Below the pieces are notes generated by a model, which made no database searches, was not told the origin of the DNA, and saw nothing but the letters and a program-made list of their open reading frames with translations. The translations under genes were made by a program, and so were the position numbers. From a virus, in IMG/VR virus record IMGVR_UViG_3300013104_000002, positions 32,001 to 96,000 of that record: a DNA stretch of 64,000 bases. One strand, 5' to 3'. Below are positions 48,688 to 57,747 of this stretch, one piece after another (the first letter of the stretch is position 1; each line of letters begins with the position of its first letter).

Positions 48688-51336
48688 TTAACGTCTATTG
48701 AAATGACTTCTTTTTGGGTTTTGTTTGAAAAATTGTAATTTTTTGGGTTGTTGTGGTTGAGGTGTTTCTTGTTGTGGTTTTTCCTTTTTGTACTCTTTAG
48801 GAATCCAAAATAATGCGCTTCTTAGATAATGGGCATATGCGTAGGCGGCCATAGCGGATGTAATCCTGTCCACGTTCAAATTCTCTGACCAGTTGATGAT
48901 CTCTTCTATTAAACCAATGTCATCTATAAGTTGTACTCCTTTTAATAATTTTGTTGTTCCATCTTCTTGCTCTACTTCATAAGTTTCATTACAAAAATCT
49001 ACAAAAAGGTCAAATAAGAATTTCTTACTTGTGGTTGGATTCCAACCTGTTTTTCTTTTATTATTATTGGGTATATTAAAACTTGTTGAAAAATCTAAAC
49101 TTGGTGCGAGATACTTTTCTGATAATTGTCTCTTATCTAAGAAATCTTTTATTCCATAATTGAAATTTTCTCCGAAAGCTGTTCTATCTAAGTTATAAGC
49201 TTCCATTAATAATTGCCATTTTTCCCAAACTTCTGTATGTTTTTCAGGACGGAAAGAAATAGAAGCCACAATTTTTTCAGAAAAAGGATCTCCTAAAACC
49301 TTATTCTTAACTACATAGAAACTAGACACAGAAGAAGTTTCAGAGTCATCGGAAGCATAGTCATCAAATCCAGCAGTGTACATTCCATAAGGAGGTTTGG
49401 TTGCTGGTATATCTTCGAAAATTAAAAATGGTGCGTCTACAATTCCTCCTTTGTGTGGAAAATCAGCTAAAGGTTTTTTAGATATTGTAGAATGTATTTT
49501 ACCTTGCGAATCTCTGTATAAATCTCTTCTTACATCCCACAATCCTGTTTCTAATAAGTAAGCTTTATGTGCTTTTGCTTCATTGACTGGGAATCTATTT
49601 CTTGTTCCTGATTGTGTAATTTCAGAAGGTTTTATAGGAGCATATATAGTGGTTTTATGTAATTTTACTTTATCTTTTGAAGCGGCTTCTCTTTCTTTTT
49701 CTATTTTTTCTTTGGCAGCTTTCCAATCAGTAATTTTTATTTTTATTTTTCTTAATTCTTCACTCTCTGGTTTACCTAAATAATCTGCTAAAGTGCTTTC
49801 TATTTTAGGCATATCTACCCTGCACTGTCCAGGAATAAAAGAACCAAAAGGTTTTAATTTATCTTCTTCCCAAGTAATATGCTCAGGATCAACTCCTCTT
49901 TCTAAAATATCCCATTGCATTGGCATAATACTGTAAGTTTCAGGATCTCCTAATGCTTTTACACCATCTGCTGAAAGCTCTTCTGTTCCTGCTGTACCAC
50001 TTAAAATAACTCTTGCTCTTAAGCTTCCATCTGTACCTACTAATGCAGGTACTAATGATTCAATAGCTTCTAAAAAAATAGATTTCATTGCCTCATCCAA
50101 GACTACGACCCCTGTCGGTGTAAATCCTGCAAAGATTTCTTTATTATTTCCAGAGTCAGTGTTTATAATATGTAAAGTGGATAGTAATATCGTTTTATTT
50201 CCTTTAGTCTTAATACCTAACTCTACTTTTTTACTCCAATCATTTGTAACATTGAAAACTCTAAAGGCTGGATTTTTATTAAGGTTATCTATTTTGAAAT
50301 TTTTAGATAATTGTTCTAGGTCTTTTGCTGAAGCCCCTGCACATAATAAAGTTTCTTCTCCTAAAGTTGCAGAATGTGATAACATACTTGCTTCTGTTGT
50401 TGTTTTAGCAACACGCCTGGAACAAGCTAAAAAAAGCATTCTATAATCTGTATCCTCTAATCGATCTTTGTTTTCGAAAATCATCCAATCACTATCTCTA
50501 AGTGGAGGATTCATTTTTACATCTTGAGAAAAAAACTTTTGCTTGGTTTCATTCCATAAATTTACAGGTATAGGTGCTATAAAAATATTTATATGGTAAT
50601 ATGCCCATCCAGATATATAAACATCATCTATCTTTATTCCACTTTTTATTTTTTTAAATTCATCCACATAAAATTGAAGAGTTTCAGGAATTTGTTCCCA
50701 ATAATGCAAATTAGTGTCCCATTTAGGCACATTTTCCATATAAATTAGCATCTCATTTTTAGGTGGAGTTGTAAAATCTATATTTCTATAATCTAATTCT
50801 TTTTGTATTATTTCTGCATATTCAGGTATAGCTATAAGAACCTTATGCATAGATAGTGGAGCTTTTGCATCAGATAAAAATTCAATTACATTTACATTTT
50901 CTTCACCAAATTTAATATCTAAAGATTCAACAGCATCATCGATAGCATTATATTTTTTTTGCAATAGGTTATGAAAATCCATTTCTTCTAACTTCAAATC
51001 ATTAGTTGCAATTTCATCTAATGAAAATCCATTAATATACATATCAATTCTGTCCATATGTTGGTTAATAACTTTATTAACACGTTTTACATATTTTTTA
51101 AATTGGGGAAGTCTATGATGTTGATTTGCTTTTTTGGCAAAAAACTTAAGCCTATCGATTAAAATAAGTACAGACTGATCCTGCACCATAAATTCATCTT
51201 TTTTAGGATTATAGGCTTTTCCATTTTCTATTTTTATGTCACCCAGTTCTGTCCAATCATTATCCTTTATATATTTTTCAGTTTTAAGCAGAGATGGGGT
51301 GTACTTCTTTATATATTCATCTACGTATTCGCTCAT
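48688..51336 (-). CDS. terL: Terminase large subunit
   Basis: Walker A-like SRRVAKT, Walker B VVLDE, coupling motif GTAG, RNase H nuclease AGFDDY...NVDRI. Confidence 0.92.
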   Translation of the reverse strand: MSEYVDEYIKKYTPSLLKTEKYIKDNDWTELGDIKIENGKAYNPKKDEFMVQDQSVLILIDRLKFFAKKANQHHRLPQFKKYVKRVNKVINQHMDRIDMYINGFSLDEIATNDLKLEEMDFHNLLQKKYNAIDDAVESLDIKFGEENVNVIEFLSDAKAPLSMHKVLIAIPEYAEIIQKELDYRNIDFTTPPKNEMLIYMENVPKWDTNLHYWEQIPETLQFYVDEFKKIKSGIKIDDVYISGWAYYHINIFIAPIPVNLWNETKQKFFSQDVKMNPPLRDSDWMIFENKDRLEDTDYRMLFLACSRRVAKTTTEASMLSHSATLGEETLLCAGASAKDLEQLSKNFKIDNLNKNPAFRVFNVTNDWSKKVELGIKTKGNKTILLSTLHIINTDSGNNKEIFAGFTPTGVVVLDEAMKSIFLEAIESLVPALVGTDGSLRARVILSGTAGTEELSADGVKALGDPETYSIMPMQWDILERGVDPEHITWEEDKLKPFGSFIPGQCRVDMPKIESTLADYLGKPESEELRKIKIKITDWKAAKEKIEKEREAASKDKVKLHKTTIYAPIKPSEITQSGTRNRFPVNEAKAHKAYLLETGLWDVRRDLYRDSQGKIHSTISKKPLADFPHKGGIVDAPFLIFEDIPATKPPYGMYTAGFDDYASDDSETSSVSSFYVVKNKVLGDPFSEKIVASISFRPEKHTEVWEKWQLLMEAYNLDRTAFGENFNYGIKDFLDKRQLSEKYLAPSLDFSTSFNIPNNNKRKTGWNPTTSKKFLFDLFVDFCNETYEVEQEDGTTKLLKGVQLIDDIGLIEEIINWSENLNVDRITSAMAAYAYAHYLRSALFWIPKEYKKEKPQQETPQPQQPKKLQFFKQNPKRSHFNRR

Positions 51337-51356
51337 TTAATATCTTTATATTTACA

Positions 51357-51380
51357 CTAAAAGGGACACGAAGTCCCTAG
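51357..51380 (-). terminator. Terminator-like hairpin upstream of terL
   Basis: AGGGAC-TTCGT-GTCCCT followed by TTT. Confidence 0.65.
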
Positions 51381-51387
51381 TTAATTT

Positions 51388-51825
51388 TTATTTTTCTCCT
51401 ACAATACTTTGATATTCCATAAATCTAGCTGATTGAATTGTTATATCTCTGTATTGTTGTTTATAGAATTCGTAAAGTTCTTTATCAACTGTTTCTCTTT
51501 TTCCATTTTTTATGGCGAAAACTGACTTTAATTTAAAATCCTTTATTTCTTCTGAAATTTCTTCAGGAATTTCTATCAGATCTTTATAAAATAAGTAAGC
51601 ATAGTAGAGTTTCTTTTGGAGTTCTAATAAATCTATTTTTAGTATATTAAGTACTCCTATTGTTTCGAATACTAAATCTATTTGTTCTTCTTCTGTTAGT
51701 CCTAAAGATTTTTCTGCTAGTTTTTTTCTCTCTTCGATTATATTTTTTTCACTTTCTTGGACATGATTTTTTAATTCTACATAGTCCTTAAAAGTTTGCT
51801 GAAGATTATTCTGTATTATATTCAT
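51388..51825 (-). CDS. Hypothetical protein (coiled coil)
   Basis: 145-aa ORF tightly packed in the operon. Confidence 0.6.
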   Translation of the reverse strand: MNIIQNNLQQTFKDYVELKNHVQESEKNIIEERKKLAEKSLGLTEEEQIDLVFETIGVLNILKIDLLELQKKLYYAYLFYKDLIEIPEEISEEIKDFKLKSVFAIKNGKRETVDKELYEFYKQQYRDITIQSARFMEYQSIVGEK

Positions 51826-51826
51826 A

Positions 51827-52030
51827 TTATTCGAAGCTGTCTGTATAGTAATCAGTTTTTATTGTTTCTTTTAAAGCATTATAAATTTCTTCATCAGACA
51901 TATTATAATACTTTTTCTTAGCTGTTTTTTCTATTTGAGTTAATTTTTCTCCTGCCGAAAATCCATCATTAATAATAAATAATTCTGTAAATAATTCTAC
52001 GATTGCTCCTTGTAAATTTACGCTGTGCAT
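51827..52030 (-). CDS. Hypothetical protein
   Basis: 67 aa, overlapping neighbour in the operon. Confidence 0.55.
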   Translation of the reverse strand: MHSVNLQGAIVELFTELFIINDGFSAGEKLTQIEKTAKKKYYNMSDEEIYNALKETIKTDYYTDSFE

Positions 52031-52332
52031 TGTCCTGTGATTTTAATGATTCCTATTTTTTGATTTTTGTAACGGATTTCCATAACTTTTGAAACTTTTG
52101 TAGAGCATTCGTTGTAGGAAATATTAACTTTTTGAGTGTTTTTGTCTATTATTTTCTTTTCGCTAACTGAGCATTGGCAAGTTGGAACTACGTCTAATAA
52201 ACTTGAATCTTCTATTCCTGTTATTAGCAAATCTATAGAGGATTGACCTTTTTTAAATGTTCCAAAGTCTATTGTATAATTTCCATTCTCCTCGTAGAAA
52301 TTAAATTTTTCTGTTGTGTTTTTTATTTTCAT
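52018..52332 (-). CDS. Ig-like DUF1573-type protein
   Basis: IDFGT...DVVPTCQCS...ISYN...KV motif. Confidence 0.6.
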   Translation of the reverse strand: MKIKNTTEKFNFYEENGNYTIDFGTFKKGQSSIDLLITGIEDSSLLDVVPTCQCSVSEKKIIDKNTQKVNISYNECSTKVSKVMEIRYKNQKIGIIKITGQCTA

Positions 52333-52344
52333 TTTTTACTTATT

Positions 52345-52632
52345 TTAATCCCAATACCCTTTTTCACAATTATCTTCCATCAAAATTTTATAATAAATAC
52401 TACAAGACGAGCAAAAAGTACAGTTACCTAAAACATCATCTTCAGATTTCCCTGTAATCCAAGAATAAAAATCAGAAAGTTTCTTTAATATTCTTTTTTT
52501 AATTGGAATTTTTTCTACATTTAAAGAGTTAAACTCGCAACCTTTACAAATTTTTCTTTTTCGTAATGTTTCCTCATCCTCTTTAGACTTTTTGAATCTG
52601 CTTAGAATGATGATTTTTATAGTTTTAAACAT
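52345..52632 (-). CDS. Cys-rich Zn-binding protein
   Basis: RKICKGCEFN...CTFCSSC...K...CEKGYW. Confidence 0.65.
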   Translation of the reverse strand: MFKTIKIIILSRFKKSKEDEETLRKRKICKGCEFNSLNVEKIPIKKRILKKLSDFYSWITGKSEDDVLGNCTFCSSCSIYYKILMEDNCEKGYWD

Positions 52633-52653
52633 AATTCTTAATTTTGATTATCG

Positions 52654-52736
52654 GCGAGAGGTACTGAGAAAAAAGTAGTGACATAACTAAGATGTCGAAA
52701 TTATTGCCTGAGCAACCTAAACATGCACTCTCTCGC
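52654..52736 (-). other. Intergenic three-way-junction RNA structure
   Basis: Closing stem GCGAGAG/CTCTCGC (extendable), with hairpins GTTGC-TCAG-GCAAT and GACAT-CTTAGTT-ATGTC. Confidence 0.55.
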
Positions 52737-52742
52737 TTCAAA

Positions 52743-53051
52743 TCAGTTTTCTATTTTCAATCTTTGATGCCCGCTCAACCAATGATGAAGCTGTTCTTCT
52801 GCTCTTTTATATTGTGGCGAGTTGTGGCTTTTTCTTAAGTTATCTATTTTTAACCTTTTATGGAGAAATGAACAGAATGCTCTTATGTGTATCCCCATCT
52901 TTTCTGCTTTAGGGTCTTCCAGCTTTAAAAGAATAAACTTATAAAATGCCTTGTACAAATCCTCTACTTCTTCTCTAGGCATTTTTCTTCGTTCTGCATA
53001 ACGATCTATTAAATCCTGCTCTGTATAGTATTCTATGAATCTACTTTCCAT
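52743..53051 (-). CDS. Divergent HU/IHF-like protein
   Basis: LIDRYAERRKMPREEVEDLY...IHIRAFCSF fits the HU helix-helix-strand pattern. Confidence 0.5.
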   Translation of the reverse strand: MESRFIEYYTEQDLIDRYAERRKMPREEVEDLYKAFYKFILLKLEDPKAEKMGIHIRAFCSFLHKRLKIDNLRKSHNSPQYKRAEEQLHHWLSGHQRLKIEN

Positions 53052-53401
53052 AATACGGCTAATAATGCTGTCTTATTGTTATGTATGTACAGTTTTATTA
53101 ACTGTTCGAAAATGTTGTGTAACTCTTTTCCGTTTCTGTGGTCTTTATTTATTAGAATTCCTTTGTCAGATAATCTTTTTATCAATTGACCATAATTTTC
53201 TTTGGAAGTTTTGTAATTTATAAGGAATCTTTTTTTAGACTGTTCATTTACTCCTCCGCTTGCTAATAGTTCACATAATAAATCCAGTTCCCTGGCTGTA
53301 ACATCAGCAAAATTAAATATACAGACTGTTTGTACAATCTGCCTTATTGCAACTTCTTTATTTTCAGAACTAATTAACGAGATACAGTCTTTATTATTCA
53401 T
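53033..53401 (-). CDS. Winged-helix DNA-binding protein
   Basis: TARELDLL...TSKENYGQLIKRLSDKGILI. Confidence 0.55.
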   Translation of the reverse strand: MNNKDCISLISSENKEVAIRQIVQTVCIFNFADVTARELDLLCELLASGGVNEQSKKRFLINYKTSKENYGQLIKRLSDKGILINKDHRNGKELHNIFEQLIKLYIHNNKTALLAVLWKVDS

Positions 53402-53690
53402 TGATCTTACAGAATATTCTTTTTGCAGTAGGTAGTGAATATGTGTCTTTTACTATACCAAAACCTTCTATTTTTATTTCTGGGTCTAATCCATTTTGAT
53501 TTACTAAAATAAAATCTCCTTCTTTTATTTCCAATTGCTGTCTTCCTACTTTTATAACTTCAAATCTACGTAGACCTTGTTTTTCATGGGGCATGTTACT
53601 ATTACTCCATATATCATTTTCTATTTTTGATTCTAACTTACTTAACTTAAAGACAATTTCTTCACCTAAAAAATCTAATTTATCTATCAT
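53394..53690 (-). CDS. GroES-like co-chaperonin
   Basis: 98 aa; FEVIKVG...IKEGDFILV...IFCKI pattern. Confidence 0.6.
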   Translation of the reverse strand: MIDKLDFLGEEIVFKLSKLESKIENDIWSNSNMPHEKQGLRRFEVIKVGRQQLEIKEGDFILVNQNGLDPEIKIEGFGIVKDTYSLPTAKRIFCKINE

Positions 53691-54052
53691 CTCTTTTTAA
53701 ATTGCTGTGTTTTAATATATTTAAATGCGCGTTCTTGCTTGTAATTATATGATCTGCGTTTAGTTAATTTATCTTCCCAGTAATTAGGATCTTCTTGTAT
53801 TTTAGTAACCATGTTAACTATTTTTTTTCGTATAGGTCTAACATAATATCCGTGAAAACTTGTTCGATAAATCTGTTTTATGTCTGTTTTGTAGAAAAAT
53901 ACTAGTAACCTTCTATTTTCGTAATCATTTAAAAGGCAAACTATAACTCCTTCAAATCTTAAAATAATCATTCCTTTTTTCTTTGATCGGCGTATCATTC
54001 TGTGAGTATAACCAAGAAGAAAGTAAAGATATTTATAATATTTTTCTAACAT
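53687..54052 (-). CDS. Hypothetical basic protein
   Basis: 121 aa, first gene after the leftward promoter. Confidence 0.55.
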   Translation of the reverse strand: MLEKYYKYLYFLLGYTHRMIRRSKKKGMIILRFEGVIVCLLNDYENRRLLVFFYKTDIKQIYRTSFHGYYVRPIRKKIVNMVTKIQEDPNYWEDKLTKRRSYNYKQERAFKYIKTQQFKKR

Positions 54053-54069
54053 TTTTATTCTTTATATTG

Positions 54070-54103
54070 CAAATATAAGGTACTTATTTGATATCTCTAC
54101 AAT
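54070..54103 (-). promoter_or_regulatory. Leftward promoter at the strand-switch region
   Basis: Perfect -7 box TATATTTG; weaker -33 (ATTG). Confidence 0.65.
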
Positions 54104-54189
54104 TTTTTATGTTATATTTTTGTTAAACTTTTATTTTTCATTTAAAATTCATTTTTTGGGTCGAAAGTTTTGACAAATAATCTAATAGA

Positions 54190-54221
54190 TTTGGAGGTTA
54201 AAAAAATATTTTGTAATTTAG
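54190..54221 (+). promoter_or_regulatory. Rightward Bacteroidota-type promoter
   Basis: TTTG-N20-TAATTTAG. Confidence 0.6.
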
Positions 54222-54239
54222 CGGACTAAAGAAAGAAAA

Positions 54240-54527
54240 ATGTATTATCAGGAAGAACAAAATTTAAGGAGCAGATTAGGATATTCAGAATTTAACGAGA
54301 TATTTTATGAGCTCTTAGATACTTATATAACAACATCATTGGTGCATGTAGAAGCAAATAAAGAGTTTTATGATGATGTAATTTTTAAGATGTTTGATGT
54401 TTATCAAAGAGATAACAAAGAATATTCAGTTAAAGAATTAGTTTTATTTTTCCATATATTTCTTCACTCAATGTTTAAAAATAAACCAAGTACAGATAGA
54501 AATGAAGATGAAATAACTTTAATTTAA
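54240..54527 (+). CDS. Hypothetical protein
   Basis: 95-aa ORF after the promoter. Confidence 0.6.
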   Translation: MYYQEEQNLRSRLGYSEFNEIFYELLDTYITTSLVHVEANKEFYDDVIFKMFDVYQRDNKEYSVKELVLFFHIFLHSMFKNKPSTDRNEDEITLI

Positions 54528-54534
54528 AAATAAA

Positions 54535-54566
54535 TTTGGAAGTTACAATTTAATTTCGTATCTTCG
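54535..54566 (+). promoter_or_regulatory. Bacteroidota-type promoter
   Basis: TTTG-N20-TATCTTCG. Confidence 0.65.
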
Positions 54567-54588
54567 CGCATGTAAAGATGAAAGTTAG

Positions 54589-54706
54589 TATTTATATTAG
54601 TTGTGACGATTTAATATAAGTAGAAAAAATATAAAAAGAAAAGTCCTTTAGAGAATCAAAAAGCAATTATCGTCACCCTGAATTGCTGGTTCTTTAGAGG
54701 CTTTCT
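54589..54706 (+). promoter_or_regulatory. Structured 5' leader: two hairpins with complementary loops
   Basis: Loop GTGACGAT (54603-54610) is complementary to loop ATCGTCAC (54669-54676); G-U pairs favour the plus-strand RNA. Confidence 0.7.
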
Positions 54707-54717
54707 CATTTTATACT

Positions 54718-55656
54718 ATGAACAAAATATTTAGATTACCATCAAGGCTTTTTTATGACCTATGGGACAAGGGAAATAACTTCTCTGGTCTTACTGGCGA
54801 AAAGCTTATTGCGGTATACTCTATTTTAAAAAGTTCGAGAGAAAAAGAAGTAAAATATTATTCATATAAATCAAAAAACAATAAAATAATTAGTGGTTAC
54901 TCTTTATTAAGAGCAAAGACTAATTTAAGTCTACATGTAATTCAAAAATATGTTCCTGTTTTAATTGAAATGGGACTATGTTTTATTGATAAAAATGGAG
55001 ATTTTGTTTTACTGGGTAATGAAAAGGTAAAAGAATTATATAACTGTACTAAATTAGTTCCTATTCGTATAGGAAGAAATTTAATTGATACGGCGGATAA
55101 TATTTTATCTGTTAAACTTTTTGCAGCCGAAAAACAACAAAAATTACAATACAAAAAAAGACTAACTCGAAGTGAAATTATAAAGCAAGGGGTTGATCCA
55201 AAAAATTCACAACAATTGAAGAAAGCTCAATCTGTTTTGAAAAGATTTGGTGATATTACTAATTTAAACGAGAAAACTGTTTTATCTGTAGAGGGATTTG
55301 CTGTTCTTAAACATGGCGCGGAAAATAATTTAAAAAATATTAAATCAAGCGGTAATTACATTAAAAGAAAACTTAAAATTAAGGGGCTTGTTAAAACTAA
55401 AAGACAATTTGAAAAAATACAAAAAATGTCTTATGAAGATTATCTTAATTTTAAAAAATTAGGAATGCTAACTTATAGACATACCTATTCAAATGGTTTC
55501 TTAGTAGAAGAAAAAATTTCATCGTTTTCACCTGTTGATTTAATTACTACAAAAGAAGAAAAAATAGTTGAACCTGTTATTATTAAATCTGAATACAATA
55601 ATAAGCCTTATTTAGAGTTTGATATGATTGGGTTCTGGATTAACGGAAAAGGATAA
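54718..55656 (+). CDS. Basic wHTH DNA-binding protein, possible replication initiator
   Basis: GYSLLRAKTNLSLHVIQKYVPVLIEMGL HTH; Lys-rich; near the strand switch. Confidence 0.5.
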   Translation: MNKIFRLPSRLFYDLWDKGNNFSGLTGEKLIAVYSILKSSREKEVKYYSYKSKNNKIISGYSLLRAKTNLSLHVIQKYVPVLIEMGLCFIDKNGDFVLLGNEKVKELYNCTKLVPIRIGRNLIDTADNILSVKLFAAEKQQKLQYKKRLTRSEIIKQGVDPKNSQQLKKAQSVLKRFGDITNLNEKTVLSVEGFAVLKHGAENNLKNIKSSGNYIKRKLKIKGLVKTKRQFEKIQKMSYEDYLNFKKLGMLTYRHTYSNGFLVEEKISSFSPVDLITTKEEKIVEPVIIKSEYNNKPYLEFDMIGFWINGKG

Positions 55657-55718
55657 AGCGTACCCTTGCTTTAAGTAGGTATAAAGTTTTTCCACGGACT
55701 ATAAAAAACTTAAATAAA

Positions 55719-55750
55719 TTTGCATATTAAAAATAAATATATTATATTTG
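55719..55750 (+). promoter_or_regulatory. Bacteroidota-type promoter
   Basis: TTTG-N20-TATATTTG. Confidence 0.85.
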
Positions 55751-55765
55751 CTTAAAATAAATAAT

Positions 55766-56239
55766 ATGAAAATAGAATATAAAAAAGACGGAATACAAAT
55801 AGGAAAAGAATTTTTTAGTTTAGAGAATATTACTAAGAAATGTAATGAAGTAAAAGTAAATGAACAGGAATTAGTCATTTTAACTATGGGATGGGAAGGA
55901 AGAGGAGGAAACGCTTACGAACAAAGAGTGTTACCTTTAAAAAATGCTTTAGAATTACAATCTATTTTACTAGACAGAGAAGTTTATTTTGGAGAAATTT
56001 GGGGAAAACACTCCGAAGTTTATGGAGATATGTGTAAAGACACTTTTGAAATAGAGAGAAATGAAAATGAAGTAAAAAAGTTTTTGAAAAGTCATCCTAG
56101 TGGAGTTGATTATAATCATAGCTTTATCGATACTTATACTAATAGAATAATGGAATATTTAGACGAAGATCCCGATAGTTTGCAAGAAGATGAGAATGAA
56201 GAATTAGTAGATAAAATTTACTCATTATTAAATTACTAA
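55766..56239 (+). CDS. Hypothetical protein
   Basis: Start moved to the ATG at 55766 because the track's TTG lies in the promoter; YFGEIWGKHSEV motif. Confidence 0.65.
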   Translation: MKIEYKKDGIQIGKEFFSLENITKKCNEVKVNEQELVILTMGWEGRGGNAYEQRVLPLKNALELQSILLDREVYFGEIWGKHSEVYGDMCKDTFEIERNENEVKKFLKSHPSGVDYNHSFIDTYTNRIMEYLDEDPDSLQEDENEELVDKIYSLLNY

Positions 56240-56240
56240 A

Positions 56241-56540
56241 ATGTTATATAAGAGAGAAGAGTGGAAACAATATAGTGAAAGACTAAAATCCTGGAATTAT
56301 ACAGAAGAAGAAATAGAAGATATAAGAGAGGTTAGAGAAAATTTAGATAATTGTCCAGACGATCAATTTAAAGAACTTGTAGCGCAAGGAGTAGTAGTTA
56401 GAACGCGTAAATTAAAAAAGAAAAGAAATTACTACGTAAACGAGGAGGGTCAGTTCTTGTATTTAGACAGTTATAAACGTAAATATTTAATAGCAGGGTA
56501 TTTTAAAACAGAAGATGATAACGGTAGTAAACAAGTATAA
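56241..56540 (+). CDS. Hypothetical protein
   Basis: 99-aa ORF in the operon. Confidence 0.6.
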   Translation: MLYKREEWKQYSERLKSWNYTEEEIEDIREVRENLDNCPDDQFKELVAQGVVVRTRKLKKKRNYYVNEEGQFLYLDSYKRKYLIAGYFKTEDDNGSKQV

Positions 56541-56847
56541 GCACAGTCCTACTGAAAATGATGTTTATATAGGTAGAGGCAGTATTTTGGGAAATATCTT
56601 TACTTCAATACAAGACAGGAAAACTAAAGCAGAGTTTGTTTGTAAATCGGTAGAAGAAAGTATAGAAAAGCATAAACAAAAATTGTTAAAAGATATTGAA
56701 AACAAAAATTCTGATATATGTACAGAACTAAATAGGATATACAAATTATCTTTAAAACAAGATGTAAATTTAGTATGTTTCTGTAAACCTAAAAAATGTC
56801 ATGGAGACACAATTAAAGAAATCATAGAATCAAAAATATATGGATAA
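56515..56847 (+). CDS. DUF4326 family protein
   Basis: VVN...DVYIGRGS..GN.F...LVCFCKPKKCHGD. Confidence 0.85.
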   Translation: MITVVNKYKHSPTENDVYIGRGSILGNIFTSIQDRKTKAEFVCKSVEESIEKHKQKLLKDIENKNSDICTELNRIYKLSLKQDVNLVCFCKPKKCHGDTIKEIIESKIYG

Positions 56848-57046
56848 TAGGTTACAAAAATTAATTTCAACGCATAGATTAATCTGCGGGGAAGTATTTC
56901 ACGAATTAAACGAACTGAGTAAAATAGATATATCTAAGTTCAATAAAATAGATAAAGAAGATATTGAAAAATCTATTGAAAATTTATCTGAAGAGTTATC
57001 GCTTAGAAAAGCGTTTTTGTCTGATTTGGAAACTTTAATAGACTAA
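56840..57046 (+). CDS. Hypothetical protein
   Basis: 68 aa, overlapping operon gene. Confidence 0.55.
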   Translation: MDNRLQKLISTHRLICGEVFHELNELSKIDISKFNKIDKEDIEKSIENLSEELSLRKAFLSDLETLID

Positions 57047-57048
57047 CT

Positions 57049-57306
57049 ATGGATAATTTATTTATTGATGCCGCAGAAGATGCAATAGTAAAACACACAA
57101 GAATTATAGAAGAACTCGAAAATTTGATATCTATTAAAAGAGAAGATTTTAGAATAGTTGATAACCAAACGGAAAAAGAAGTCACTGGTTTAGATTTAAA
57201 AAGTTTTATAGAATTGAACATAATTAAGAAAGCCCGCACAATAAAAGAGAATATGGTAGATATTGAAACTTGTTATAAACAAATGGAACTTTTTAGTAAA
57301 ATTTAA
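57049..57306 (+). CDS. Hypothetical protein
   Basis: 85-aa ORF. Confidence 0.55.
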   Translation: MDNLFIDAAEDAIVKHTRIIEELENLISIKREDFRIVDNQTEKEVTGLDLKSFIELNIIKKARTIKENMVDIETCYKQMELFSKI

Positions 57307-57311
57307 AAATC

Positions 57312-57500
57312 ATGATGCACGTAAACGAATTAACATTTGAAGGAGAAACCCCTTGGATAAAAGCTATGAATGAGTCTAATTATTATTGGACAAAATATTG
57401 CGACGAAAGTCTAAGTAAAGAAGAGCAACATAAAAACTTTACTTTATGGCAAGATATTAGAATGGATATTGAGATGGGACTTTATGGTAATAATTCATAA
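57312..57500 (+). CDS. Hypothetical protein
   Basis: 62-aa ORF. Confidence 0.55.
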   Translation: MMHVNELTFEGETPWIKAMNESNYYWTKYCDESLSKEEQHKNFTLWQDIRMDIEMGLYGNNS

Positions 57501-57504
57501 CTTA

Positions 57505-57741
57505 ATGGGATATTGGAATTACAGAATATTAGTAGATATTTATTATAATGAAGAGTTTTTTCAAATCCATGAAGTTTATTATGATGATGAAGGTAAGGTA
57601 AATGGATATGGAGAAAATTCTGTTTCAATTTATACAGAGGAAGGATTAGATGGAGTTAAGTGGCAATTAGATATGATGAATAAAGCATTGGATAAACCAA
57701 TTTTATGGGGAGGTGAAAGATTTCCAGAAGAATATAATTAA
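57505..57741 (+). CDS. Hypothetical phage protein
   Basis: Probable start MGYWNYRI; IHEVYYD motif. Confidence 0.6.
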   Translation: MGYWNYRILVDIYYNEEFFQIHEVYYDDEGKVNGYGENSVSIYTEEGLDGVKWQLDMMNKALDKPILWGGERFPEEYN

Positions 57742-57747
57742 TTTACT

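Noticed and set aside
52654-52736. tRNA (7-bp closing stem and 5-bp/7-nt loop with TAG or CTA) or hammerhead ribozyme
   Set aside because: No TTCG T-arm, no proper D-arm spacing, no CCA; CTGAGA and GAAA are not arranged as the CUGAnGA-stem II-GAAA core.
30-53223. Plus-strand ORFs in the track (30-653, 1040-1282, 8011-8337, 45577-45927 and similar) and minus-strand ORFs 42218-42415, 54942-55154 and 57003-57239
   Set aside because: Antisense or off-frame shadows of long real genes, with atypical composition and no start context.
54053-54239. Replication origin at the strand switch
   Set aside because: AT-rich and divergent, but no iterons or clear boxes seen; only promoters are supportable.
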